Shown here one piece after another: positions 18,164 to 30,500 of a stretch of 64,000 nucleotides of DNA. Source of the DNA: Macrostomum lignano. Its lineage: Eukaryota. Every line of letters starts with the position of its first letter. Positions within the stretch are counted from its first letter, which is position 1. Under the pieces are notes generated by a model. That model was not told the DNA's origin and searched no databases. It saw only the letters and a program-made list of their open reading frames with translations. A program made the position numbers and the translations under genes. The DNA is taken from the NCBI GenBank assembly GCA_002269645.1, contig NIVC01000604.1, positions 1 through 64,000 on the forward strand, written 5' to 3'.

Positions 18164-18364
18164 CGGGCGCTGAGAACACTGGGTGAGTGCAAAAGTAAAC
18201 AGAACAGCTCAGTTGCTAAGCGGATGAGGGATAGGCAATTCTTGATGCTTTAACTGGAATTGGGGCAGGATAGAGTAGTGCGAGTAAAGCTTTTGACTGG
18301 ATTGCTGCACTTCTATTGATCAGAATGCAACACATAAGCAAATTATACTTATTTTACTTCTTAA

Positions 18365-19110
18365 TCCTTAATCCCTTATCTGTTATCCTGCATGCATTAT
18401 CCGTAATCCTACATCTCTTATCCTCAACCCTACATCTCTTATCCATAATCCTACATCTCTTATCCATAATCCTAAATCTCTTATCCTCAACCCTACATCT
18501 CTTATCCTCAACCCTACATCTCTTATCCTCAACCCTACATCTCTTATCCTCAACCCTACATCTCTTATTCTCAACCCTACATCTCTTATCCTCAACCCTA
18601 CATCTCTTATCCTCAACCCTACATCTCTTATCCTCAACCCTACATCTCTTATTCTCAACCCTACATCTCTTATCCTCAACCCTACATCTCTTATCCTCAA
18701 CCCTACATCTCTTATTCTCAACCCTACATCTCTTATCCTCAACCCTAAATCTCTTATCCTCAACCCTACATCTCTTATCCCTAATCCTACACTTCTTATT
18801 CCTAATCCTACATCTCTTATCCCTAATCCTAGATCTCTTATCCTCAATCCTACATCTCTTATCCCTAATGCTACATCTCTTATCCATAATCCTACATCTC
18901 TTATCCATAATCCTAAATCTCTTATCCTCAACCCTACATCTCTTATCCTCAACCCTACATCTCTTATCCTCAACCCTACATCTCTTATCCTCAACCCTAC
19001 ATCTCTTATCCTTAGTGCTACACCTCTTATCCCTAATCCTACACTTCGTATTCCTAATCCTACATCTCTTATCCCTAATCCTAAATCTCTTATTCTTAAT
19101 ACTACATCTC
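18365..19110. repeat. Minisatellite, 21 bp unit ATCCTCAACCCTACATCTCTT
   Basis: Tandem copies are directly visible. Confidence 0.96.
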
Positions 19111-19498
19111 TAATGATTTTGCCCTTCAACCATTAATCCTGGATCCCTTTAAACTACACATTACTCTTCTTCTGACACCAAAATACTAGTCTATATAACT
19201 AAATCTGAAAAATTTCTATAGAGAAACTAAACCGCAAAAATGCAAGTAATTAAGACAAAGAAAGGACAGACTTCACTGCACTATCAGTTGATAACAAACA
19301 AAGAACATTAAACTAGCATTTGTACATATAGTAGAATTTGGTTATCCAATGAATGACGCTACTGAGGCTAGCATGCATACGATCACCAAATTTGTTAACT
19401 ACATTAAACAGAAAAAAGTTGATAGATCTCTGCAAAGCTATATGGCCCTCAGTGGCAATGATAAAGGCGATTATTAGGCCAAGTTTAAGGCCAGATAA

Positions 19499-20038
19499 CT
19501 AAGCAACTGGAGCCTCGGCTGAATTCTGCGACTCCCGCAGCCGGCGCATCAGTTCAATCTTCTTAGGCACGGCGGCCGCCTGCTTCTTGGCATCTGACTC
19601 CAATTTGAGCTGCTTCTTGCAGGCCTCGGCAAGGCTGAGCCCGATCCATTCAGCCTCCTCCAGCGGCACGGCGTACTTAGCGTAGCGCTGGCGCAGCTCA
19701 CTGTCTGGCGGTAGGCGGGCCAGCGCCAGCAGCATGTCCCGCTTCAGATGCGTGCCCAGGCGCGAGTTCAGCTCCCCGTCAGAGGATGCCAGGATGTACT
19801 GATCGAGTGAGCCAGCCTGCTCGATCAGGGTCAGGGCGCGATGGCTCACAATGATGTACATCCAGCGGTTCAACAGCTCCGAGTGGAAGGGGATCCGGTA
19901 CAGGTGAGGCCTCCAGAAGCGCGGGTGAATCTAGGGAATCGTAGTGAATTGGGCGGATAGGCAACGTGTGTTATATATCTGTGCATCTATCCATTCATCA
20001 CAATCAATTAAGCAACCAATCTATCTATCTATCTACAC

Positions 20039-20075
<37 letters not shown>

Positions 20076-20078
20076 CAC

Positions 20079-20111
<33 letters not shown>

Positions 20112-20234
20112 CACATCTATCTATCTATCTATCTATCTATCTACACATCTATCTATCTATCTACACATCTATACATCTATCTATCTATCTATCTATCTAT
20201 CTACACATCTATCTATCTATCTACACATCTATCC

Positions 20235-20307
<73 letters not shown>

Positions 20308-20334
20308 CACATCTATCTATCTATCTATCTACAC

Positions 20335-20379
<45 letters not shown>

Positions 20380-20422
20380 CACATCTATACATCTGTCTAT
20401 CTATCTATCTATTTATCTACAC

Positions 20423-20479
<57 letters not shown>

Positions 20480-20912
20480 CCTACCTACCTACCTACCTAC
20501 CTACCTACCTACCTACCTACCTACCTACCTACCTCAACCATCTATCTATCATTGTAAACACATCTGGGCGAGATCTCAGCATTGCAAGCGCAGCGAAACC
20601 CACCGGACTCTCCTTCTTTCGCTGCCGGAATCCATAGACGATGCCCTCGTTAGCCCACAGGCACCGCTGAGACTCGGCTGGATAGAAAATCTGCGGCGGC
20701 AGATCAAAGTGCCGGCTGGGATAAACCCGACCGTCACTGTGCAGCACAAACGGCTGGTCGGGATGCTCCTCGGAGAACGGCTTCATGTGCACGGCCGGCC
20801 TTCTGAATGCTTTGTTTTCCATGTACCGCTTCCTAAAGTGCATCGGCAGGCGGTGCAGGGCAGCCCTCAGGTGAGGGTAGAAGAACACGGCTCGTTCAAG
20901 CTCAAGGGTGGC
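19499..20912 (-). CDS. MRPL28: Mitochondrial ribosomal protein L28 (bL28m); exons 20912-20604 and 19930-19499; start-codon exon not located
   Basis: IFYPAESQRCLWANEG, FWRPHL..FHSELL, IEQAGSLDQYIL, LKRDMLLALAR and EEAEWIGLSL resemble metazoan MRPL28. The phase-0 GT/AG junction is intact. Confidence 0.92.
20020..20550. repeat. (ATCT)n then (ACCT)n microsatellite in the MRPL28 intron
   Basis: Directly visible. Confidence 0.98.
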
Positions 20913-21519
20913 CTGAAAAATATCATTTTTATAAGGCTAAGATAAATTTCAATTAAATGAAGACTGCTACTTATATCATAGATAAATAAAATTTCACTAG
21001 GCAAGAAGTTCACAATGCCAAAAATCACTAGGCCAAAACTTAATGAGTGTGCTAGCCGCTTTGGCAATGTGAAGTTTTGGCCAATACAATATGCACAATA
21101 TGCATAATACTAGACCTTGCACAAACTCCAGATTTTGATTGAGTCGTGAACTTGACCATACTTTGGGGGTTCAAGGCGAGTATTTGAGTCAAGTCTTGTC
21201 AAGTAGTTGAATGTAATGAAAGTTTGGTAGTTAGTGAATTTCAAACCCCAACCTTGCTTGATTGTCATATTTTTGCATTAAATTTTATATTTTTCATTTT
21301 TATTTATACTTCCAAAAATAATGGATGCTCAAGTAACACTTTTAGCATAAAATCTTGCTTTTCAATTACTTTTAATCAAGCAAGATTATTGATTCATTTA
21401 AGTGAATATATTTTAGGAAATCAGAATAACTTCAAACTAAAAAATGAATTAATTTGGCATACTTGCAGATTGCAAAGCTCTTGGAAATACCAATTTTATT
21501 ATTCTATATGTATTCTTTG

Positions 21520-21676
21520 AAATCTTCTATCTTCTAATCTTCTATCTTCTAATCTAATCTTCTATCTTCTATCTAATCTTCTAAATCTATCTATCTATCT
21601 ATCTTCTAATCTTCTATCTATCTTCTTCTAATCTTCTATCTATCTAATCTAATCTAATCTATCTTCTATCTATCTA
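21520..21676. repeat. Degenerate ATCT/TTCT/TAAT low-complexity tract abutting a Helitron-like 5' end
   Basis: Directly visible. Confidence 0.85.
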
Positions 21677-22024
21677 TCTAAATATACTAAATCTCTAATA
21701 TTTGTTTGTATGCTTGAGTGTCCATAACGCTCTAGAGCGAGCAATTCTTCACCGATTTTGATCGCGTTTTCGCCAAAAGATTCAAAATTGTCTGGAAAGA
21801 AGACAGTTAAAATTTCTTGTATCTGATTCAATGCTAAAGGGATTAAATATTCGAAAAACTGTTTTAAATGGCCTTTTTCAATGCAAATTTTATCAGCGAG
21901 AAACTTCACAGTCAATTTTAATTGATTGCGCCAGAGCCAACTGATAAGAAAACTCACTGGACCCCACTTAAAGGGGGGCAATAAAAATTATTCTGGATGC
22001 TGGCAGCCAGCTCTAATTAGCTAG
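21677..22024 (+). mobile_element. Non-autonomous Helitron-like element 1
   Basis: 5' A|TCTAAATATACTAAA...TTTGTTTGTATG...CCGATTTTGAT; 3' hairpin GCTGGCAGCCAGC followed by CTAG; no TSD. Confidence 0.6.
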
Positions 22025-22604
22025 TCCTATATACTAAAAATGAAATGTCTGTAACTAGCTATGCGATAGATTTCAGAAAAAATGGCTCAACCGATTTTCT
22101 TCAAACTTGCACCATTCGATCAGAAATTTTCCTGGGACGGTACATGCATGTTGGCTAAGAAATTGCTCAATGTTAAAGGGATTAAATATTCGAAAAACAT
22201 GCTTTTTTGCAAAGGTCAAGCAGCTCTTTCGACCTGAAATGCATTGTAAAAATGCGAGAGAAAAAACTGACTGACTGAATTTCAATTCTGATAAAGATTG
22301 CATCACAAAAAGATGAAAACAGTGTCGAAAAAATGCACACAAGACTTGATTGTAATTGCGTAACCATATTGCTAACTTGAATTGAGACTGATGCTGGCTG
22401 ACTGAGAAATTGATTATGTCATAACTTTTTACTCTAACCGACTTGCTATAAGTATTGAAATATAAGGGCCACAATTCATGTTCTCCAATTAAAAAGAGAT
22501 AGCCCTGATGCGAACAGACTGGACTGCTAATGTAGCGACCTGGGTTCGAATCTTAGTAGTGCAAAAAATTTTTTTATTAAAACACTAAAAAAACACAAAA
22601 TGCT

Positions 22605-25600
22605 AAACATAAAACATGTCGAACATAAAAGAGCCACCATGTCGAACAGTAAAGAGCCACCATTTAAAACATAAAAGAGCCACCATGTCAAACATAAAAG
22701 AGCCACCATGTCAAACATTAAAGCGCCACCATGTCAAACATTAAAGAGCCACCATGTCAAACATAGAAGAGACACTGTTTCAAACGTGTACGTGACTCCA
22801 TGTCAAACATAACAGAGCCACCATGGCGAACATTAAAGAGCCACCATGTCAAATATAAAAGAGCCACCATGTCAAACAGTAAAGAGCCACCATGTCAAAC
22901 ATAAAAGAGCCACCATGTCGAACATAAAAGAGCCACCATGTCGAACAGTAAAGAGCCACCATTTCGAACAAAAAAGAGCCACCATGTCAAACATAAAAGA
23001 GCCACCATGTCAAACATAGAAGAGACACTGTGTCAAACGTGTACGTGACTCCATGTCAAACATAACAGAGCCACCATGGCGAACATTAAAGAGCCACCAT
23101 TTCAAACATAAAAGAGCCACCTTGTCAAACATTAAAGAGCCATCATGTCAAACATAAAAGAGCCATCATGTGAAACATATACGTGACTCAATGTCAAACA
23201 CAAAAGAGCCACCATGTCAAACATAAAAAAGCCCCCATTTCAAACATTGAAAAGCCACCATTTCGAACATTAGAGAGCCACCATGTCAAAAATTAAAGAG
23301 CCACTTTGTCGAACATTAAAGAGCCACCATTTCGAACATTAAAGAGCCACCATTTCGAACATAAAAGAGCCACCATGTCGAACATAAATGAGCTACCATG
23401 TCGAACATAAAAGAGCCACCATGTCAAACAATAAAGAGCCACCATGTCAAACATTAAAGAGCCACCATGTCAAACATTAAAGAGCCACCATGTCTAACAT
23501 AAAAGAGCCACCATGTAAAACATAAAAGAGCCACCATGTAAAACATTTAAGAGCCAACATGTAAAACATTTAAGAGCCACCATGTCAAACATATAGGTCA
23601 CTTTATGTCAAACATATAAGTGACTTTATGTCAAACATATAAGTCACTTTATGTCAAACATTAAAGAGCCACCATGTCAAACATTAAGAGCCACCATGTC
23701 AAACATAAAAGAGCCCCCATTTCAAACATTGAAAAGCCACCATTTCGAACATTAGAGAGCTACCATGTCAAACATAAAATAGCCACCATGTCAAACATTA
23801 AAGAGCCACCATGTCAAACATTAAAGTGCGACCATGTCAAACCTAAAATAGCCACCATGTCTAACATAAAAGAGCCACCATGTAAAACATAAAAGAGCCA
23901 CCATGTAAAACATTTAAGAGCCAACATGTAAAACATTTAAGAGCCACCATGTCAAACATATAGGTCACTTTATGTCAAACATTAAAGAGCCACCATGTCA
24001 AACATTAAAGAGCCACCATGTCAAACATTAAAGAGCCACCATGTCAAACATTAAAGAGCCACCATGTCAAACATTAAAGAGCCACCATGTCAAACATAAA
24101 AAAACCACCATTTCGAACATTAAAGAGCCACCATTTCGAACATAAAAGAGCCACCATGTCGAACATAAATGAGCTACCATGTCGAACATAAAAGAGCCAC
24201 CATGTCAAACAATAAAGAGCCACCATGTCAAACATTAAAGAGCCACCATGTCAAACATTAAAGAGCCACCATGTCTAACATAAAAGAGCCACCATGTAAA
24301 ACATAAAAGAGCCACCATGTAAAACATTTAAGAGCCACCATGTCAAACATATAGGTCACTTTATGTCAAACATATAAGTGACTTTATGTCAAACATATAA
24401 GTCACTTTATGTCAAACATTAAAGAGCCACCATGTAAAACATTAAGAGCCACCATGTCAAACATAAAAAAGCCCCCATTTCAAACATTGAAAAGCCACCA
24501 TTTCGAACATTAGAGAGCCACCATGTCAAACATTAAAGAGCCACCATGTCAAAAATTAAAGAGCCACTTTGTCGAACATTAAAGAGCCACCATTTCGAAC
24601 ATTAAAGAGCCACCATTTCGAACATAGAAGAGCCACCATGTCAAACATAAATGAGCTACCATGTCGAACATAAAATAGCCACCATGTCAAACATTAAAGA
24701 GCCACCATGTCAAACATTAAAGTGCGACCATGTCAAACCTAAAAAAGCCACCATGTCTAACATAAAAGAGCCACCATGTAAAACATAAAAGAGCCACCAT
24801 GTAAAACATTTAAGAGCCAACATGTAAAACATTTAAGAGCCACCATGTCAAACATATAGGTCACTTTATGTCAAACATATAAGTGACTTTATGTCAAACA
24901 TATAAGTCACTTTATGTCAAACATTAAAGAGCCACCATGTCAAACATTAAAGAGCCACCATGTCAAACATTAAAGAGCCACCATGTCAAACATAAAAAAA
25001 CCACCATTTCGAACATTAAAGAGCCACCATGTCAAACATTTAAGAGCCACTTTGTCGAACATTAAAGAGCCGCCATTTCGAACATAAAAGAGCCACCATG
25101 TCGAACATAAAAGAGCCACCATTTTGAACATTGCCATTTCGAACATAAAAGAGCCACCATGTGAAACATAAAAGAGCCATCATGTCAAACATTAAAGAGC
25201 CACTTTGTCTAACAATAAAGAGCCACCATATTGAACATTGAAAAGCCACCATGTCGAACATAAAGAGCCACCATGTCAAACATTAAAGAGTCACCATGTC
25301 AAACATAAAAGAGCCACCATGTCAAACATTAAAGAGCCACCATGTCTAACATAAAAGAGCCACCATGTAAAACATAAAAGAGCCACCATGTAAAACATTT
25401 AAGAGCCAACATGTAAAACATTTAAGAGCCACCATGTCAAACATATAAGTCACTTTATGTCAAACATTAAAGAGCCACCATGTCAAACATTAAGAGCCAC
25501 CATGTCAAACATAAAAGAGCCCCCATTTCAAACATTGAAAAGCCACCATTTCGAACATTAGAGAGCTACCATGTCAAACATAAAATAGCCACCATGTCAA

Positions 25601-27770
25601 ACATTAAAGAGCCACCATGTCAAACATTAAAGTGCGACCATGTCAAACCTAAAATAGCCACCATGTCTAACATAAAAGAGCCACCATGTAAAACATAAAA
25701 GAGCCACCATGTAAAACATTTAAGAGCCAACATGTAAAACATTTAAGAGCCACCATGTCAAACATATAGGTCACTTTATGTCAAACATTAAAGAGCCACC
25801 ATGTCAAACATTAAAGAGCCACCATGTCAAACATTAAAGAGCCACCATGTCAAACATTAAAGAGCCACCATGTCAAACATTAAAGAGCCACCATGTCAAA
25901 CATAAAAAAACCACCATTTCGAACATTAAAGAGCCACCATTTCGAACATAAAAGAGCCACCATGTCGAACATAAATGAGCTACCATGTCGAACATAAAAG
26001 AGCCACCATGTCAAACAATAAAGAGCCACCATGTCAAACATTAAAGAGCCACCATGTCAAACATTAAAGAGCCACCATGTCTAACATAAAAGAGCCACCA
26101 TGTAAAACATAAAAGAGCCACCATGTAAAACATTTAAGAGCCACCATGTCAAACATATAGGTCACTTTATGTCAAACATATAAGTGACTTTATGTCAAAC
26201 ATATAAGTCACTTTATGTCAAACATTAAAGAGCCACCATGTAAAACATTAAGAGCCACCATGTCAAACATAAAAAAGCCCCCATTTCAAACATTGAAAAG
26301 CCACCATTTCGAACATTAGAGAGCCACCATGTCAAACATTAAAGAGCCACCATGTCAAAAATTAAAGAGCCACTTTGTCGAACATTAAAGAGCCACCATT
26401 TCGAACATTAAAGAGCCACCATTTCGAACATAGAAGAGCCACCATGTCAAACATAAATGAGCTACCATGTCGAACATAAAATAGCCACCATGTCAAACAT
26501 TAAAGAGCCACCATGTCAAACATTAAAGTGCGACCATGTCAAACCTAAAAAAGCCACCATGTCTAACATAAAAGAGCCACCATGTAAAACATAAAAGAGC
26601 CACCATGTAAAACATTTAAGAGCCAACATGTAAAACATTTAAGAGCCACCATGTCAAACATATAGGTCACTTTATGTCAAACATATAAGTGACTTTATGT
26701 CAAACATATAAGTCACTTTATGTCAAACATTAAAGAGCCACCATGTCAAACATTAAAGAGCCACCATGTCAAACATTAAAGAGCCACCATGTCAAACATA
26801 AAAAAACCACCATTTCGAACATTAAAGAGCCACCATGTCAAACATTTAAGAGCCACTTTGTCGAACATTAAAGAGCCGCCATTTCGAACATAAAAGAGCC
26901 ACCATGTCGAACATAAAAGAGCCACCATTTTGAACATTGCCATTTCGAACATAAAAGAGCCACCATGTGAAACATAAAAGAGCCATCATGTCAAACATTA
27001 AAGAGCCACTTTGTCTAACAATAAAGAGCCACCATATTGAACATTGAAAAGCCACCATGTCGAACATAAAGAGCCACCATGTCAAACATTAAAGAGTCAC
27101 CATGTCAAACATAAAAGAGCCACCATGTCAAACATTAAAGAGCCACCATGTCGAGCATAAAAGAGCCACCATGTTGAACATTGAAGAGCCACCATGTCAA
27201 ACATTCACGATCAGCCATGTCGAACATAAAAGAACCACCATGTAAAATATAAAAGAGCTACCATGTCAAACATAAAAGAGCCATCATGTCAAACATAAAA
27301 GAGCCATCATGTGAAACATATACGTGACTCAATGTCAAACATAAAAGAGCCACCATGTCAAACATATATGACTCCATGTCAAACATATATGACTCCATGT
27401 CAAACATATATGACTCCATGTCAAACATTAAACATAAAAAAGACACCATGTCACACATAAGGGAGCCACCATTTCAAACATAAAAGAGCTACCATGTCAA
27501 AACATTATTGAGCCATTATGCCCAATATAAAAAGACACAATTTCAAACGTAAAAGGGCCGCCATGGCAAACATAGAAGAGCCACCATGTCAAACATTAAA
27601 GAGCTACCATGCCAAACATAGAAGAGCCACAATGTTAAACATTAAAGAGCTATCATGTCAAACACAAAAGAGCTACCATGTCAAACATAGAAGAGCTACC
27701 ATGTCAAACATTAAAGAGCCACTTTTTTTAAACAAAAAAGAGACACCATTTCAAACATAAAAGAAGTGTC
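22605..27770. repeat. Satellite array, 23 bp unit GCCACCATGTCAAACATTAAAGA, with a 1806-bp higher-order duplication
   Basis: Monomer period of 23 bp is visible. Identical spurious ORFs recur at +1806 (23674/25480; 25040/26846). Confidence 0.97.
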
Positions 27771-27849
27771 ATGCCAAACAAAATGGAACCATTATAAAGC
27801 TAAGGAAATTGTTGCACTAGCTACTTGTTCTCTGGTGGATGCTTGCTAT

Positions 27850-28320
27850 TTAAGGATGGATACTTGCTATCAGTGGGATGCTTGCTCATGGGGGTGGAGA
27901 GTACTTGCTATCTGAGAGGGGGTTGCTAGATATCTATAAGGTCTCTTTGTATCCAGGTTATGCTTGCTATCAGGGGTTGCTTGCTGTCTGGGGGATGCTT
28001 GCGATCTGGGGGACGCTTGCTATCTGGGGTCTGGGGGAATGCTTGCTATCTGGGGATGCTTGCGATCTGGGGGATGCTTGCTATCTGGGGGATGCTTGCT
28101 ATCTGCGGGATGCTTGCTATCTGGGGGATGCTTGCTATCTGGGGTCTGGGGGAATGCTTGCTATCTGGGGATGCTTGCTATCTGGGGTTGCTTGCTATCG
28201 GAGGATGCTTGCTATCTGGGGGATGCTTGCTATCTGGGGGATGCTTGCAGTCTGGGGGATGCTTGCTATTTGGGGATCGATGCTTGAATGCTGTCTGAGG
28301 ATGCTTGCTGTCTTGGGATG
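27850..28320. repeat. Minisatellite, 18 bp unit GGGGATGCTTGCTATCTG
   Basis: Tandem copies are directly visible. Confidence 0.93.
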
Positions 28321-29463
28321 TTTTGTTTTTAAGAGGGAATGTCTGTTGTTTTTTCTGAAGGCTTTATTTTGCTGTCTATTTGTTATTTGTAAAGAACAAG
28401 GATTCTATCCAGATGTCCCCCATCGGGGGGCAAAGATTGCTAGTGTATGTACTAAATGTAACTTGTAAATGACAAATACAAATGTAAATATACTCAGCAA
28501 CATGTTAAAGTTTCCACTTTCCCCAGATCTTAGCCCTAAGTGACGCAATTCACACCATGTCTGCAGGCTTGTATAGGCTGATTTTGCAATCAAGCTGATA
28601 TGAAGAAAAAACTGATATTATTGTATTGTCAATGATAATATTAAGAGTTAAATTGATTAATTCATTCCTTCATTCATAATTCAACTGATGAATAATTCAT
28701 CAGTTGACCACTGGCTTTGGAGTAGAAACTTTAACATGTTGCTGAGTGTATATTAAATTTATATTGTATGTGACCATAGTCTATAATAGTGCAATATTAA
28801 GTTGCTTATATATATGTTTGTTACCCATACTGCCAAGTTATGTTGCAGCAACATTGACATTTTTGCATGTTCCTGTGGAATTTTTTGCAACAAATTTAAA
28901 TGTTGCTGCAACATTGACACTTCAACATAAAAATGGTGGTTACGATAAAAACAAAACAGAAAAAAATTGATACATACTGGGCATATAGAAAGCAAGGAAG
29001 CATAAAGAAAATATTTTTTACATTTACAAGAGTTATATTCTTAGATTTAACCCAAAATAGAAAATAGCAAAAATGTTTTTTAAATAAAATTTCATGTTAG
29101 CTAAAAAATTTGCAAGCACATAAGTTGGGTAATAAAAATTCCTGGCTTGTTTCCTATTTATACTTGTGTAGGATTCTGATGCCTTGTACAAATAAGTAGT
29201 CAATCGTCATTTATGTTCACATAGGGGACTAAACCCATTTGGTTTAAATTTATTCATTGTTGCAATAAAATTAAGGAAGGCCTAATTTTTCCTAGCTCTC
29301 TAGTCTCAAGTCTAAGACTCAAGGTTAGTTAGGTTAAGTTATATTAAAGGTTTCAGTAGCTAAAATTTATTTAGACATTTTTATAAAACAATATGCTCAT
29401 AATTAATAAGTTTGATGGTGATTAGTGATCATTGTGTTTAGACCCATTATCCATCACCATGCC

Positions 29464-29647
29464 TAGGGGCATAGGGAGGAAAGGGGATAAGGGGGATGTA
29501 TCCCCCCCAAAGAGCCTGACCAAAACTTTTTGTTGCACTTTGTTGCTATACGTGCTACCATGTAAGCACTTTTACCTTGGTGTATCCCCCTTGTAGAATA
29601 TTTACCTTGGTGTATCCCCCCATGGAAAATTCCCAGCTATGCCCCTG
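29464..29647. mobile_element. hAT-type MITE (184 bp)
   Basis: TIRs TAGGGGCATAG / CTATGCCCCTG; perfect 8-bp TSD ACCATGCC. Confidence 0.88.
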
Positions 29648-30213
29648 ACCATGCCTGTGTGTTTGTTGTATTCAAAATTAAGTATAGCACAGGTTAGCAA
29701 ATCATTTTAATAAGTGGTATAGGTTTTCTGTAAAATGTTTAAACTTAAGTACATTATTATATATACTATAGGCCTTTAGTAAATTATTGATTTATTACAA
29801 ATCTAAATTATTAAGATTTATAAAATTAACCACAGCATAGTTCACATGCACACAGCACACATAGCATGCAAAGCCCTTCTACATCTCTTTCTCTCCCTTT
29901 TTCTGCCCCTTGGCTCCTTTGAAACTTCATAATAGCAATCTAGCCCTCTCAAGGAGGCTCTTTATATTACCAATTCTAGAACCAGAATCAGTTTGGATCC
30001 TCCAAGAAAAACAGCAGTATAACTATTTAACTCTGTTAATATTTGACTGCCTTAACAGCTTCACTTTGCGCAATTTTTCACTTTCTTTTTGACAATTTTC
30101 ATTCATTAATTAAGACTTTATAGCGAGTATATCCCTTTAGTTAAAAAGACAAAAAGTTATACTTTACAAATTGGTTCTGGTTCTAGAACCAGAACAAACA
30201 ATATGAAGAGCAT

Positions 30214-30500
30214 CATACATGCGCAACAGTCGGCCGAGTCGGCCGATCCGGCCGACCGATTTTGCGGCCAAACATGGAAGTCGCAAAAATGCCCACCTGA
30301 AAAACACCAAGTAGTAGTACTAAGTAGCTGACGAGACATTTTGGCTTTATAAGACAGTCATAGTTACTCCTGCCGTTTACCCAAAGTTGCGTTAATTGCG
30401 TTTTTTACATGTAAGTCACATTTTTGGCCAACAACTACGTCGCATTATTGTTAAAACTAAGTCGCACGGCCGACCGAATTTTGGAGGTCGCGCATGTATG
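30214..30500 (-). mobile_element. hAT MITE (287 bp) of the same family as the 5.9 kb element
   Basis: TIRs CATACATGCGC / GCGCATGTATG; perfect 8-bp TSD AAGAGCAT. It is an inverted full-length homolog of 31798-32083. Confidence 0.93.

Larger units (their letters stand above)
22025..28443 (+). mobile_element. Non-autonomous Helitron-like element 2 carrying satellite arrays
   Basis: 5' TCCTATATACTAAAAATG...GGCTCAACCGATTTT. It shares TAAAGGGATTAAATATTCGAAAAAC with element 1. The 3' hairpin GTCCCCCATCGGGGGGC lies about 9 nt before CTAG|T. Confidence 0.55.

Noticed and set aside
22515-22560. tRNA-Ser(GCT)-like fragment GACTGCTAAT...GGTTCGAATC
   Set aside because: Only a 3' fragment is present, with no D arm or acceptor stem; it is probably a SINE remnant.
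22605-27770. CRISPR-like appearance of regular short repeats
   Set aside because: There are no unique spacers and no cas genes, the context is eukaryotic, and the units are contiguous.
28830-29130. Possible CACTA/EnSpm-like small element with GTTGCTGCAACAT palindromes
   Set aside because: The termini match only weakly and no TSD could be assigned.
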